Source of the DNA: Camelus dromedarius
Lineage: Eukaryota
DNA: 64,000 nucleotides
Direction: 5' to 3'
Assembly: GCF_036321535.1 (NCBI RefSeq)
Contig: NC_087436.1
Span: 120,220,001-120,284,000 of the forward strand
Shown: piece after piece, positions 48,474 through 61,542 of the stretch
Layout: each line of letters begins with the position of its first letter
How positions within the stretch are numbered: position 1 is the stretch's first letter
Notes under the pieces: generated by a model
Told to the model about the DNA's origin: nothing
The model's input: only the letters and a program-made list of their open reading frames with translations
The model's database searches: none
Position numbers and translations under genes: made by a program

Positions 48474-51400
48474 TCAGGCCTTTGGAGCACTGATGTTTGA
48501 CAGACAGCTGGGGTGTCACCTCAGTGGGGTCACTGCAGAGATGCTCACTTGTGGGGCCACCCCGTGTGCTCAGGTGAGGTCCACCTGGCCGCTGGCTCCC
48601 CTGTGGCTGGGCTGGCCTTCCCTGCATTATCTGCCGCCCACAGGCTCTGTTGCCCTCGGCCCCTCCTCCCAGCTCTGGGGGCGGACGTGGGTGGGTGGGG
48701 TGCATGCTGGGCTCGGACGGGTCCTGGAGCTAGGCAGCAGCCTTGGCAGAAGCACCCCGTGGCCCTTGGCCCTCACAGCAGGGCTGAGGTTCACCCCCAA
48801 ATATCGGTGTCAGTCCCAGTGTCTCTGCTGCTCGCCCCAGTGTTGACGGGTGTGTACAGTCTGTGATCCCAGCGGAAGAGAGGACACGCATCGCCAGCGC
48901 ACTCCGGGCACGGCACAGGTCCCAGCGTGGCGGGCGCCTGGGCTCCCGTGCCTCCTGGAGCTGACACACGTGGTTGCCTCTGGCCCCACCATGTCCCCTC
49001 TGAGGATTAATCTCAGCCTGGCATGGCCAGCCACAGGCAAAGCTGGCCAGTCTGGCTGCCCCAACCAGCTCGGCTCAACCTCTAAAACCCAGCGAGAACC
49101 TTCATCTCAACCCTGGCCTCCCTCAGTGCCCCTGGCCAGGCCGGCACAGACCCTGCCCTCCTCTCTGCCATGGGACTGGCTGTCCCTTCCCAGCCCCAGG
49201 CGGCTCCATCTAGGCCCTCACTGCCTGCATCGAGATCCAGCCACAGCCTCCTGGGAGCTGTCCTGCCAGAGTTTTTCCAACAAATATTACCACCAGCAGC
49301 AGCAGTGTGACACTATGCACTCCACTCTGGACAGCACTGGGCTGAGCCCATGAAGGGGGCACTCACAGGACCTCCACTTCACAGAGGACAAAACCAGAGA
49401 CCAGAGGGGTTAGGTAACTTGCCCAGAGTCACACAGCCAGGGAAGAGACACAGGCTATTTGACTCCAGAGCTGTGCTCCCACCGCGACTCTCCCCTCTGC
49501 CAAGGCCAGGTCTCTCAAGCTCCAGCTGCATCCACTGTCGTCCAGCTCACAACCTGCGGCAGCCCCTTCCTGGGATGGATGGCATAGCCCTCACTGCAAT
49601 CCCTGAACGTGGCCCTGATGTTTCCAGCCTGATCATCCTAAGGTGTCTCCTTGTGCCCGCGGTGTGCCAGGCTCAGCCCCCACGCTCCAGCTTTCTTGTC
49701 CACCCTGAGGTCCAGAAGCCCCAGTCCACCTCCTCCAGGAAGCCTTCCCTGATCACCCAACTCCAAGGCTCTCATAAGTCACTGGGTACTCAAGATGAAC
49801 CCTGCTTTTTACTATGTAGGCTGAGAGAGTGAATCCCTGATGTCTTAGAGCTCTGGCAATCCCCTTCAGAGCCCTGGGTAGTGTTTCGAAGACTGGAGTT
49901 TACATCCTGAGTCTGTCATTTGTGATTACGATACCCCCTGAGCAATATTTTTGAGCTGCTCCTCTCTGCCTTCAAGAGAAATCTGAACTCAGGCCCCAGG
50001 GGGTCTGGCCCTTGTGTATCCGCTTATCCCAGCCTCTTCATCCCCCACCCAAAGCCACTTGTCACACTGAACTCCTGACAGTTGCCCAGTCAGCCAGAGC
50101 CCGAAGGCTTGGCACATGCTGTTCCCTCCCTCCAGCATGCCCTTTCCAGGCCTCTTTGCCTGACTCGTCCTCTCTCTGGTCCTTGTAGACTTAGCTGAGG
50201 CCTCCCCCTCCAGGGGACCAGCTTGCTCTCCCTCTGCCATCTGGGTTGGTGTTTTTCTCCTTTAAGCAAAGGTGCTGATCTTCGTTGGCGCATCTGTCTC
50301 GGTTCCCCCCGCCCTAGCCCACCAGGCCCAGGACTGGTGGCCCCCAGGGGACCAGGGCTCTGATTCCCCATGGAGTCCGTCTCCCTAACTCCAGGCTCGG
50401 CATGGCCAAGGTTCTGGGGCAAGCACGCCAAATCGAATTAAAATCAGTCACGCATTAGCCAAGGCTGGGTAGATTCGCTGGGTCTTTTTTGTCTCCCCCC
50501 GAAAATTGGGAATACCGCCTGCGCCTTGTCCACCTGCTGGATTTCGTGAACATCAGTACAGCTGTACACACAGGGCAATGCTGCCGTGGGGGCTGGGAGA
50601 GGGGGCCGGCATTTACAGGTGCCCACCCTGCCCACCTCTGTCCCTCTGTAGTCACAGCGTTCAGCCGCCCGCTGGCTCTCTCAGCCCTAGGTGCACGGTC
50701 AGCAGAGCTTGCCTTGCCCTGGGTTCACCCCGACAGCAGAGATCAGGGAGGCAGCTTGACGATGCCAACTGTCACCAACACGTCCCGGCTCAGAAAGAGG
50801 CCTGCTGACCCCTAGCTGGGCGGCTACGTGCAGTGCTCAGGCCTCCCCAGTGTCTGTCCTGCCCGCAGGGCTCACAGATCCGGTCCCTGGTATCTAAGTC
50901 CTGGGCGGTTGCTGTGACAACGGGCTACGCTCTCTAATTGGCAGAAGGCCACCAAAGGGGTGTGTGTACAAGTGTTTTCCCTTAGCTTTCTTCTCTCCTG
51001 CACTCTCTCCAGCACAGCAAGTAGGAACAGGGAAACGGCCATGTGTGATGCTGCAACTGCAGCATAACCCGGTCAATAACAATGTACCGTAATCTGACAA
51101 TGCTGCTTTCAGCAATGCCAACTCACTGCTTTAGTGCCACGGTGAAGAAAGGTTACAAACAATACACTCAGTGTGACCCCATTTCGTTAAAAAAAAAAAA
51201 AAAAACAAAAAACACATGTCCAGAGAAAAAGAGACCTAACGGGCATACTCCAAAACATGAGCAGTGGCTCCTCTGGCTGGAGGATTAGAAATGGGATTCA
51301 TTTTTGCCTTTGCATCAATCACTATTTTTTCCTAATAAATGTGGATTACTTTTGTAATAAGGAAAAAAGGTAATGAAAAGATTACTTTAAAAAAACCCCA

Positions 51401-51823
51401 CAGTTTATTGAGAACCGACTGTGTTCATGTTTTATCCTGGGTGCTAAGGTGAATGAGGCACAGCGTCTGGCCACCAGGAGACAGCAGCCACACCACACGG
51501 TGAATTCCTGCACCCAGGGGTATCCCTGGGGAGCTGATCTCTTCCTGACCGGGTGCGGGGAGGGAGAGGAAGCTGCATTCGCTGACAACCACCCCACAGC
51601 AGATGGGTGCCAGGGGGCTGGCACCCTTCAAAGCATGCTGAGCTGGTGCCTGGACTGGGGACATCGTCCTGAGGTCCTGAGTGTGCCCAGCACTGAGCAG
51701 AGTCAGGGCACATTCGGGTGATGGCAGATGCCAGCAGGGAGATGGAAGGAAGAGCAGGGGCAGGGCCTGAGGCCAGGGTGCGCTTGATTGGACTCTTACC
51801 TCTTCAGTAAAGGAGTTCTGGCA

Positions 51824-51955
51824 GGGAAGGCATAGACAGCTCAGTGGTAGAGCGCATGCCTGGTTGAGCTCAATCCCCAGCACAATCATTAAAACGAAAC
51901 AAAACAACTAATTACCTTCCCCACCCTGAGACAAAGCAAAGCGAAAGAAAGAAAT
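51824..51955 (+). mobile_element. tRNA-derived SINE (camelid Vic-1-like), internally deleted
   Basis: A-box agctcagtggtagagcgcatgc, B-box remnant ctcaatccccagcac, A-rich linker, ctaattaccttcccc second part. Confidence 0.8.
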
Positions 51956-52911
51956 CCCATGGATGTGCACTGCCCGCTGGTGCTGACACCATGATTTGGG
52001 AGGGACAGCCACGGAGCTCTGGCCTGTAGCCTGCCTGGCCCCGGGGGAAGGTGGGATGTGGCCAGGCTGGGTGCTGGCCATGGTGCTGGAGTCCCTGTGT
52101 TGGAACCGGATGCCTGTCCTCTTCTGGTGGCTCCGTGGCTTAGAGGAGGCTGTGACACAGAGCAGCTTTGGCACCTGTCTGAGCTGCAGCTGAGAAGTGG
52201 GAGGCTGAGAGACAGGAGGAGGCAGCATGGCACACTCTTTGCACCCAGTAGTCAAGGCACCTCCGTTGTGTCAAACTGGGAACTAGCGGTTCAGGTTCAG
52301 GAGACTGGATATTAATTTGCCTGAAGCCTTCTGTTTAAAACTGGACTCTAGTGCACATGTATTCGTTGAGCAAGAAGTTTACCTGTTCTGGGATGGTGCA
52401 ACCAGCTGGGCTCCGCCTCGCTTGAAGGCACACGCAGCCGGCAGGGAAACTTCTTTGCACTGGTGGTTCCTTGGCAAGCTCGTGTTCCCCAAGGGTGGGG
52501 ACGCCATGTGAGCCGATCAAGGGGCGTGGACTTGGCTGTGCCTAGAACCACCTGGTGGAAGAAGGGGCCCAGCAGGGCTGGTTTTCAGCGCCCTGCATGC
52601 TTTGGGGGTGACAGAGACCCGGGCTCAGAGCCCAGCTCCACTGCTTACTGCTATACAACCTTTAAAGTAACAGCAACCCAGAGGCCGGTGTCCCCGCTCA
52701 CTGCACAGCCATGTGGTCACTGCGGTACCTAAGCCCCCTGCAAACACCAGTTTCTTATAACAATAACAGCTCGTGTTTACTGAGCAGTTACCTCAGCAAA
52801 GCCGCTACTGTCTGTGGACCCGGTCACACCGGGCTCGGTGCTGACTGCTTCACAGACGCTGTCTCACTCATGCAACAACATTCATTATTATTGTTGCTCA
52901 CGATGAGGATG

Positions 52912-53297
52912 GCATCATGGGTTGAATCATGTCCCCCTGAACTTGTATGTTGAAGCCCTAGCCCCCAGCACCTCAGAATGTAACTATATTAGGAGACAGG
53001 CTTTTAAAGAAGTAATTAAGGTAAAATGAGGTCATTACGGTGGGCCCTGGTCCCATATGCCTGGGGTCCTTCTGAGAGGAGGAGATTAGGACACAGACAC
53101 GCACAGAGGGATGCCCATGTGAGGACGCAGGGAGAAGACGGCTGCCTACATGCCCAGGAGAGAGGCCTCAGGAGAAGCTGAACCTCCCGACACCCTGACT
53201 CAGACTCCCGGCCTCCAGGACTGTGAGAAGATGCATTTCTGTGGTTTAAGCCCCCTGGTCGGCGATGCTTGTTACGGCGCCCCCAGCAGATGGGCAT
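52912..53297 (+). mobile_element. MaLR solo LTR (MLT1A/B-like)
   Basis: atgggttgaatcatgtcccc...acctcagaatgtaactata...gcctccaggactgtgagaagatgcatttctgtggtttaagcc. Confidence 0.9.
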
Positions 53298-54464
53298 CGA
53301 TGTCGTAACAGTAATCCCAGCAGGTATTTCCTGAGTCCTCTGTCTGGGCCCAGAGCTGTGTCCCAGGGCCTCCCACTCTACCCTGGTGGCCCTGGGCAGC
53401 AGATGCTGTGGGTCCCCAGGTACAGGTGAGGTCCCAGAGGCTCAGAGAGGCTAACACCTCGCCCAAGGGCACACAGCTGGTCTGATGACTTCATGCTGCA
53501 TCTCTGGGCCTCTGGGTTTGCATTTGCAAAGGGCCATCCTGCAATTCACTCTCCAGACCAGAATGTTTGTTATCATTCTCCATCAGAATCAGGGTTGGGA
53601 GTGGCCCTGTGTCCAACCAGAACAAGAGTTTCTGGGCTGAAAAGCGGCATTGAGAGCATGAATCTGATACCCAATGAGTTAGAGGAAAACAAAGTCCTGG
53701 CCAGGGGGTCAGGGTGGGGGATGGGGGAGTTGACTGGTCCGGAGGCTGTCCTTCAGCGGTGGAGCTGGACCAGGACGCCCAGTCCAGGGCTCGCCCCCTC
53801 CCCCCAGACCTCACCCTGTGCCCCAGGCTCTTCCCCAGACAGTAAAGTTTGCTACTTAGACAAGCAAATTAGCAAATAATTGTAACAACCTTCCATTTAT
53901 AACCCCACGGTCCAGGGGTAATTGCCACGAACAATTAGTTAAAATGTTCCCAAACATTTTTATATTTGTACGAGTGCATGCACACACACACACACACACT
54001 CGCCATACACACGTACATATGCACACACGCACACACAGAGTAACGGACATGGGATCACATGACATGTTATCCTCAACATGCTTCTTCTAGGGCCACGTTA
54101 GGAACACTTGCCACAGCAACAGGACAGATCTGCACCGTCATTCGTGAAGTGTGCCCGGGCATTACTCATTCAGCCCAGTCCAGGCTGCAGGACGCAGACA
54201 CCATGCCATTCACGCCACTGTGAGCACAGCTGGGGGCACGCCTCTCTGTGCACCTGTTGCCACATAACGGGGCAGCCGCTGGGTGGCACAACATGTGCTC
54301 CTCAAAGGCTCCAGGTCAGCCTCAGAGTCTGCATCAGTCTTCCAGCAGCAGGGACGGGAGAGCTGGCCCCACCCCGCGAGGAGGCCCAGCCCCAAGGACA
54401 CGCTCAGCAACCACCCCAGGCCCCTCGTCCCCTCCCCACACTCCACAGAAGGAACCCAACTTAC

Positions 54465-54542
54465 ATAGATCACGCGGCTCGGGGACCCGGAGGCGCTGGA
54501 TGCAGGTACAGAAATGATGCTCTCTGAAGAAGTTCTGGTTTC
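54465..54542 (-). CDS. ABLIM2: ABLIM2 exon (ETRTSSESIISVPASSASGSPSRVIY)
   Basis: ctccttttccag|GAA ... TAT|gtaagt; 78 nt, phase 0/0. Confidence 0.96.
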
Positions 54543-55513
54543 CTGGAAAAGGAGGAGACAGGCGGAGACTGAAGCAGACTCTGTCGACATGAAGACCCTT
54601 TCAGAGGCAATTATTACGAGTCACACGCCGACAGAGAGGCTGGCTCCCGAGAGGCTTCTTTTTATTTGCAGGTTGAAAGAATTCTTAAAATAAACACGTA
54701 GGCTAAAATAAACAATGGGAAAGCTGTAATTGGAAGACACAGCAGGTGACACTGGCTGAAAACAAAGCAGGACCACTCTCGGTGCCGCCAGAGACACTTC
54801 CACGATGACCAAGCTCTCAGGCGCCAAAATCATCTGTTTTTCGGAGGGTGGGAGCAAGTGATGCTTTTTCAATGATTCCGTGTGCTCCGCCAGCAATGGC
54901 CACCTCTCTTACCCAGAATTTCGCTACCCAGAAATTCGTTGCCCAGAAACGTTTACCTCGTAACGACGTCCACCTCTATTACAGTGGCCGTGTTGCAGCT
55001 CATTCCGCCAGCCGGGGCTTTGTTGTCTGACTTGGCGGCTGTCACATCTGTGACCGGCTTCTCCAATGCCCGCTGCTGCTGGGACCCATTCCCACCTCTC
55101 TTCCCTCCCCGCCGCAACTCCTGCAGCCCTGAGGGCACCGTTTCCCAGATCGTCCACCTCCTTTGCTCCCTGAGTCAAGCCCCCATCTCTGTGTGGACTC
55201 AGTCTTCCTCCAGCTCCCACCCTACAAGCTTTGCCTGTGCCCATCCCCACCTGGAGGCGTGGCCTGGCAGCTCCTGGACCCTCTCCTGGTCCAGCCCTCA
55301 CTGCTGGGACCACTTACTTGCCTAACTTTCCACGCCTCCCACTGCCCCCGTCTAAATGGAACCCATCTCCACGAAGGGCATCCCTCTGCCCACCTGTTCA
55401 CAGCTTCTCTCTTGTCTAATCAGACCCCTTCCCCCCACCCCCTGGAACTCTGCCCAGCCCGTTTCATGGTCCACACCCGCTGCAGCGGTGCTAGCAGCCA
55501 GGGAGGGGCTGCA

Positions 55514-55885
55514 TGATGAACGGAACTGTGTCCCTCCAAAACTCATATGTTTAAGTCTTAACTCCCCAGAATCCTAGAATGTGACTGTATTTGGAAATAG
55601 GACATTAAAAGATGTAATTAAATTAAAATAGGGTCTTTAGGGCAGGCCTGCCTCTAATCTGACTGGCGTCCTTATAAGAAGAGGACACTGATACGCACAG
55701 AGGGATGACGTGTGGGGACACAGGGAGAAGACAGCCGTCTACACGCCAAGGAGAGGGGCCTCAGGAGAAACCAGCCTTGCTGGTACCTTGAACTGGGACT
55801 TCCAGCCTCCAGGACTGTGAGAGACTCATTTCTGCTGTGCAAGCCCCCGGTCTGTGGCATTTTATACAGCAGCACCAGGACGTTG
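55514..55885 (+). mobile_element. MaLR solo LTR (MLT1A/B-like)
   Basis: gaactgtgtccctccaaaactcatatgt...gaatgtgactgtatttggaaatagg...cttccagcctccaggactgtgaga. Confidence 0.9.
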
Positions 55886-57227
55886 GCATCTGCCATGGAG
55901 CCCCCCTCCCCTCCCCTCCCAGCGGACGACCGCTCCAGCTGCTCCTACACTCAGCACAACACCAGCGAGGATGGGACGACAGGACCGGACAGGAGGCCGA
56001 CACGGCAGTGGGAGGGACAGACCTGGAAGGCAGAGGGGGTGGTGCCCGGATAAACCTGACTGCACACCTGGCTCTGCATCTAGAAAGGAAAGAGAAGAGG
56101 GAGAGGGCGTGATGCTCCTGGGTCAACTCTGCGCTCAGCCACTCATCGGCGCCGGTCCATCCTCTCTCCTTGTCCCCCGTCATCGCCCCAGCATCCTCCT
56201 CGAGGCCTGCCCTGCTGCCCCTGGGCCCCTCGGCCCAGCTACACATGTGGGATGGGGCGTCGACTCGGGGGTCTGCCTGTCCCCTCAGACCACAGGCTTG
56301 TAAAGGCCGGCAGGGGCTGGGGTCCCCCGAGGAGCTGAGCCTGACCCCATGTGCAGTCCTGAGGCTCGGCCACCCCCAGTAAGATGTGACGCCATGCGAC
56401 GTTGCAAAGGTGACAGTGTCATCTGAGGAAGGTAACACAGGGCCTGTCTTTCTCGCTGTCCCTGTGGCCAGGTCGCCTACTTTCCTAGGCAAAAATGATG
56501 TATGTACACATTTAAGCCTCTGAGTCTCAGCTTCCTTCTCTGTGAAGTGCAAACACCTGCCTGAAAGGCACCGTCTATTTCTGAAGACTCGGAGACCTGG
56601 CCTGGCCCTTGCTTGGCACTGAGAAACCATCCTTACTTTTACTTCAATTCAAGTCATTCTTCCTGCTCACAGTGGGAAGCCCCTTGTTTGCAAAGCAGAC
56701 TGGCATTGGGTGTTTTGAAAGAAAAGTGCCCAGACGCTGAGAACTGCAGACCAAGACTGTCCCCCAGCCCTGAGGGATGCTTCCTGGCACAGGTGGGGCG
56801 GCCCTGGGGTTATTACCAGCATGACCTTGAGAGGTGGGGGTGGGGTCTGGGTCTGCTATGGAACGTTTCGGGGCGCCGGGCAGGCAGCAGGGCGGCTGCA
56901 CGCTGCCCCTCTCCCTGTGCCCAGCTCTCAGCCCAGGAGAGGAGCAGTGCACCTGCCGCGTCCTCGCAGGGCGGGGAGCCCAGACGTGAGGGGGCCGAGC
57001 CGGGAGGCCTGGGCTCTCCCTCACTTCCTCCCTACGCTGACTCTGGTTCGCTCAAAGGAGACTCACAACCAATCTTAATACCCAGCTGTGCTCCCTGGGG
57101 CCTTGTTCATACCGGCAAAGGGCCGGGCCGCTCAGCCAGCCCCGGGCAGCTCTGTCCTATGACAGCACCTGCCTCATTAAGGTCACACACGAGCCCAGTG
57201 GACACCATGTGAGAAGTCAACACCCAC

Positions 57228-57320
57228 TTATCTCCATATTAAAGCTGAGGATCTGAGGCTCAGAGAGGGCTAGTGATTTGCCCATGGTCACACAGCTGGG
57301 CAGAGGCAGGGCCAACTCCA
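57228..57320 (-). mobile_element. MIR SINE
   Basis: ctgaggctcagagagggctagtgatttgcccatggtcacacagct. Confidence 0.8.
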
Positions 57321-60300
57321 ACACCAGCGCTTGCTCTCCCATCCGGCTCTGAAACCCTCATTCAATTCCTAGCAGATTGCTGGCTCCTCAGACTTGGGAT
57401 GCAGAGCCAGAGAAGGGCTGGGCCCTGTGGCCCACCTCCCGCCCACCTATCAAGTCTCAGCTTCAGGAAACTGGCCTCTTCCTCTCCCTCCCCCATCCAG
57501 GCCCATCCAGCTGGCCCCGTCCCTCCCACTGTCACAGGCAAGCATCTTGCACCCTGAAGCCTGCCCACCCCACATCTGTCTCCCCACCGCCGCTGCCCCA
57601 ATGATGGGAGAGCCTGTAGGGCAGGGGCCTGCCGGTCTATTTATCTGTGCATTCCTGGCACCCAGTCTGGAAGGTGCTCAGTGGCTGTGAGGTGAATGAC
57701 CATACGCGCCAATGCCCAGCACACTTAGGATGGGCAGTTAGGACCACAGTCTTTTGATGGTTCCCCCCAGGGCATCCTCGGCAGATGTGCATCCTCGTCC
57801 TGGGGAGCATCCGTCCCCCTCTGGGGGTGGGGCAGGGCCTGCACTGAGGGAGACCTTCCAGGCAGCGAGAAAGGAGTGCCCTCCATCCCTTGGCTTGGCC
57901 TTGCACAGGCCCTGGTGCTGGCCCCTGTTGCTGGAGCAACCGGAGGCAGGGATGGAGCTGGCTCCTGGGCATCCCAGAGCCTGCTGGGCCTGGCATGAGG
58001 GGCACCAGGTAGGTGACTGCTGAGTGGCCCTCGAGACCGGTGAGTGAGCTCTCACCTGGACTGCTAGGTCACAGTGGGGCCACGTCCACCTGGAGGCGGG
58101 ACTCAGAGCTAGAGACATCAGCCCCGCTGTACTTCTTAGGGGGCTGACCGCCCACCGAGCCGGCCCCACAGGGCCGCCCGGAGCTGGCCGGGTCTGGCTG
58201 GTTCACGCTTGTAAACTGACTCGCGCGCAATGAACAACACAGAGAAGTGCACCTCTCTCCCTCTGCCCAGGCTGGGAGCGGCCGGCTGGCCAGGAGAGCT
58301 CTCTCCACGGGGACGAGCGCCCGGGGAAAGCCATCCGTGCCGCCCGGCCCCTCGCTTCCTGGCGCCGCCCATTCTCACCTCCTCCCGGGTGAGGCAGAGG
58401 CGGCTCTGGGGGCGGGGGTGGGGGCGGGGCTGGGTCTTGGGCAGCGGGGGTGGAACAAGGGACAAGCAGGGCGTGACCAGGGCCTGGATCCCGTCCCAGG
58501 ACACAGAGGGGCAGGCCCAGAGCAGCACCAGCCCAGGCCGCAGCACTAAGAGGGTAGCTGCTCTCGGGCTGCCGGCCTCTGCCCCAAATGTTCCCAAAGC
58601 ATCTGTGAAAATGGGTCCAGGAAGCCAACTCCGGCCGCCCGGCCGCCAGCACCCAGCGTCCAGAGGGCCTCCCGCTGCTGGGCCCATGGCCTGTGGTCAT
58701 CACAGGCTGGCGTCCGGGCTGAGGGCAGAGGTTGTTGCTGCTGCCCGGCCTGGACGGAGCGGGCTCCCGGCAGCCCCGAGGCCAGCCGACAGCGGGTCCA
58801 GAATCCAGGAGCTGGCGCCGGCCACCCTGACCTGGTTAGGGGAGGACCCTGGGCATGTGGCCCTCCTCCATGGAGCCCTCCTGCCCTGACCCAGGGCCAC
58901 CTTTCCCCAGGTCTCCGTGCCATGCCAGGTGTAGTAGGAGGGTCCTCGTGGCTCTCCGACATGACGTCCATGTGTGTCCACCTGTTCCTGCCTCTACCAG
59001 GAGCAGCTGGGGACACGACTTGTGACTCGGCCACCTTGGCGCCCCAGGCCGAGAACGGGGCTTGGCACAACCAGACCCTCAAGGAAGTTCTGCTGAATGA
59101 ATGAATCATGAATGAGTGGATGCAGGAAAAGGTGTGTGTGTGGGGGGGTGGGCTTCCAAACCCACTGAAATCGATTGCTAAAGAAAGTGGGAGAATTTCC
59201 CTCTGTTTGGTTCTTTCAGAACAGGCTTAGTAAGGGTCCACTGAATTGGGTTGGGTCCCACCCACTCTGAGGGGGCTGGTATGAGGAGGGTCCCCTCCGC
59301 CAGTCCGTACCCTGTCACATCTTCTAGGTTCATCAAAGTGCACGAGATGGATCTCTGTCCAGCCCCACCAGGAATTCCCAAACCCTGAGCAACCGCAGTG
59401 TCTGCTGGGTCTGGGGACAGGCTGACACCTGGCTTTCAGCTCAGGTTTGCTGCTCTGGATCTGCCCACACCACACAGCCAAGGGCGAGGGGGCTCCCCTG
59501 GCTCCCGCAGTAAATGTATTACTGAAGGGCTCAGCGGACAGAACCCACGTCAACAGTAAAGAGCAAAGCACCCCCAGTAGCAGACTCCGCCCCTTTCCCG
59601 GGGGCAGAGTTCCTCTGGGCACCAGTCCCTCCTGTAAACGCAGCTACCGGAGAGTCTCAGGGGGCCGCTGAGGCCCCCGGGTTGGCTTGCCCCCCACACT
59701 CTCCCTGGGAGCCCTGCCTGATTCTCCAGCCTCCACTCCTCTCAGCCACCCCTGGGGACCCAGTTCACCTCAGTGTCTTCACCTGAAACTGCGGGTGGCA
59801 CAGCAACCCCCAGCCCCCCGCAAAGGGATTCTGAGCATCGCACGGGCTTGGCTCCTGGGGCTGGGGGCTCCCTGGCTCCTGTAGTGCCTGATGGAGCAGA
59901 GCTGGCTGAGACGCGTCTTCTCCGGGGGCCTGTGGTCCCCCGGGCTGTAGTTTACCCCTAGAGTCACCTCCTTCCTTTATTTGACAAACACTTGAGTGTG
60001 TCACATGCCAGGACTTGAGCCAGGAGCCAAGAATTCAGGACAGAGAGACAGGAGCATTGCCCCCAGGCTCCGAGGGAAGGGGCAGCTAGAGGTGTGAGCT
60101 GAGGATGTAGGGAGTGGGAGGATTCAGCAAAGTCCTCAGGGGCTGACATTCTAGATGAGTCTTAAAGGACCCAGAGAAGGAGTTGGCCAGGAGGCATGGT
60201 CACAAGAGGGCATTGCTGAGGGACGGGACAGGTTTGGAAGATGCTGGGGAGAAAGGGTGGGCAAGGTGCTGGGCAGAGGTGCACCAGCATGGGGGCAGCG

Positions 60301-60329
60301 GGACTCCTCCCCTGCTCACTGCACCGCCA

Positions 60330-60660
60330 CCCCAGCCCAAAGGAACATGCCTTGTTCCTGCCTCAGGGCCTTTGCACAAGCCTCTACCTTGCCTGGAACC
60401 CTCTACCCCTTCCTGTCTTCAGGGCTGGCACCGTCTCATCTTCCAGGCCTAGCTCCAGCTCAGTCCTCTGGAGGCCACCCCCACCCTCACCATCCCAGGT
60501 CAAGTTGGTCCTTCCCTGCTGTTCCACCTGGCCAGCTGTTGTGACATTATTTGCCTGTTTAGGCATTGATTTCTTTCTCTCTCTGGAAAGCCAGCCCCAG
60601 GAGGGCCAGGTACACGCCTGCCTCCTTCCTCATGTTGCACCTCCTGCCTGGCGCCCAGCA
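60330..60660 (+). mobile_element. L2 fragment
   Basis: cctgcctcagggcctttgcac...tgcctggaacc motif. Confidence 0.55.
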
Positions 60661-61483
60661 GGGCCTCTGAGGGGTGAAGAACTTGGCCAGGCCATTGCCT
60701 TCACTTCTGGAAGGTGATCTGTGTCACACTCGATAGGCTGTCTTTGTTTAAGTCGGGCATGAGCCACACCCAAAAGTCCTGGGGTGGGGCTGGCTATGCC
60801 ACACCAACCGTGTGATTTGGGTGGTCTTGGCTCATGTCACCCAGAGTGAAATCAACCACATGGCAACCCACCAACCAACCCATCAACAGAGCCCCCGTAA
60901 GATCTCTGGACGTGGACCTTCCCTGATTGGCAACGCTCAGGGCACGCTGTCACTCACTGATGCTGGGAGGTGCCAAGTCCTGACTCCGTGGGGAGGGGAC
61001 AGTGGCACCGTGTGTTTGGACCCTTCAGGACCCTGCCCCATGCTGGGCAGATTTCACTCTGCGTCCTGCCCCCTAGTAAACCATGATCGTGATTATGATC
61101 GTTTTCAGTGACCTCTGTGAGTCCTTCTCACTCACTGTTGAACTGAGGGCAGTTGTGGGGACCCCTGGAACTGGCAGTTGGTGTCAGAATTGTGAACAGT
61201 CTTGGGGACTGTTTGGAGACCCACTAACTTTGCACTTGTCCCCAAACTTTAGCCACTTTCAGAGCCTGGCCAGTGCAGGGCGACCCTGGGATGCCCACAC
61301 CGCACCCAGCAGTGTCTCCCAGCTGATCTGCCTGTTTACAACTTGATACCCACAGGCCTCAGGCCACCTGCCCCCAGAGGGACAGGCCAGTGAGTCTGCA
61401 GACGTTGTCAGCATCCCCTTAACTGTGTGAAGACAGCGCAGAAGGCGTGAAAGGTGTCAGAGAAGACAGTGAATTCCACCAAC

Positions 61484-61542
61484 CTTGTTTTTGTCTTCAG
61501 TCCTCGCTGTTTGCCGACACGCCGGGTGCCAGATGGAGGAGC
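61484..61542 (-). CDS. ABLIM2: ABLIM2 exon, end of LIM4 ((G)SSIWHPACRQTARTEDKNK); upstream exons lie outside the window
   Basis: ccgtccacag|GC TCC ... AAG|gttggt; 59 nt, phase 1/0; WHPAC zinc-ligand motif. Confidence 0.95.

Noticed and set aside
47887..48846. 319-aa plus-strand ORF and overlapping H/T- or C/V-rich ORFs
   Set aside because: Translation of a CA/TG low-complexity tract; no domain signal.
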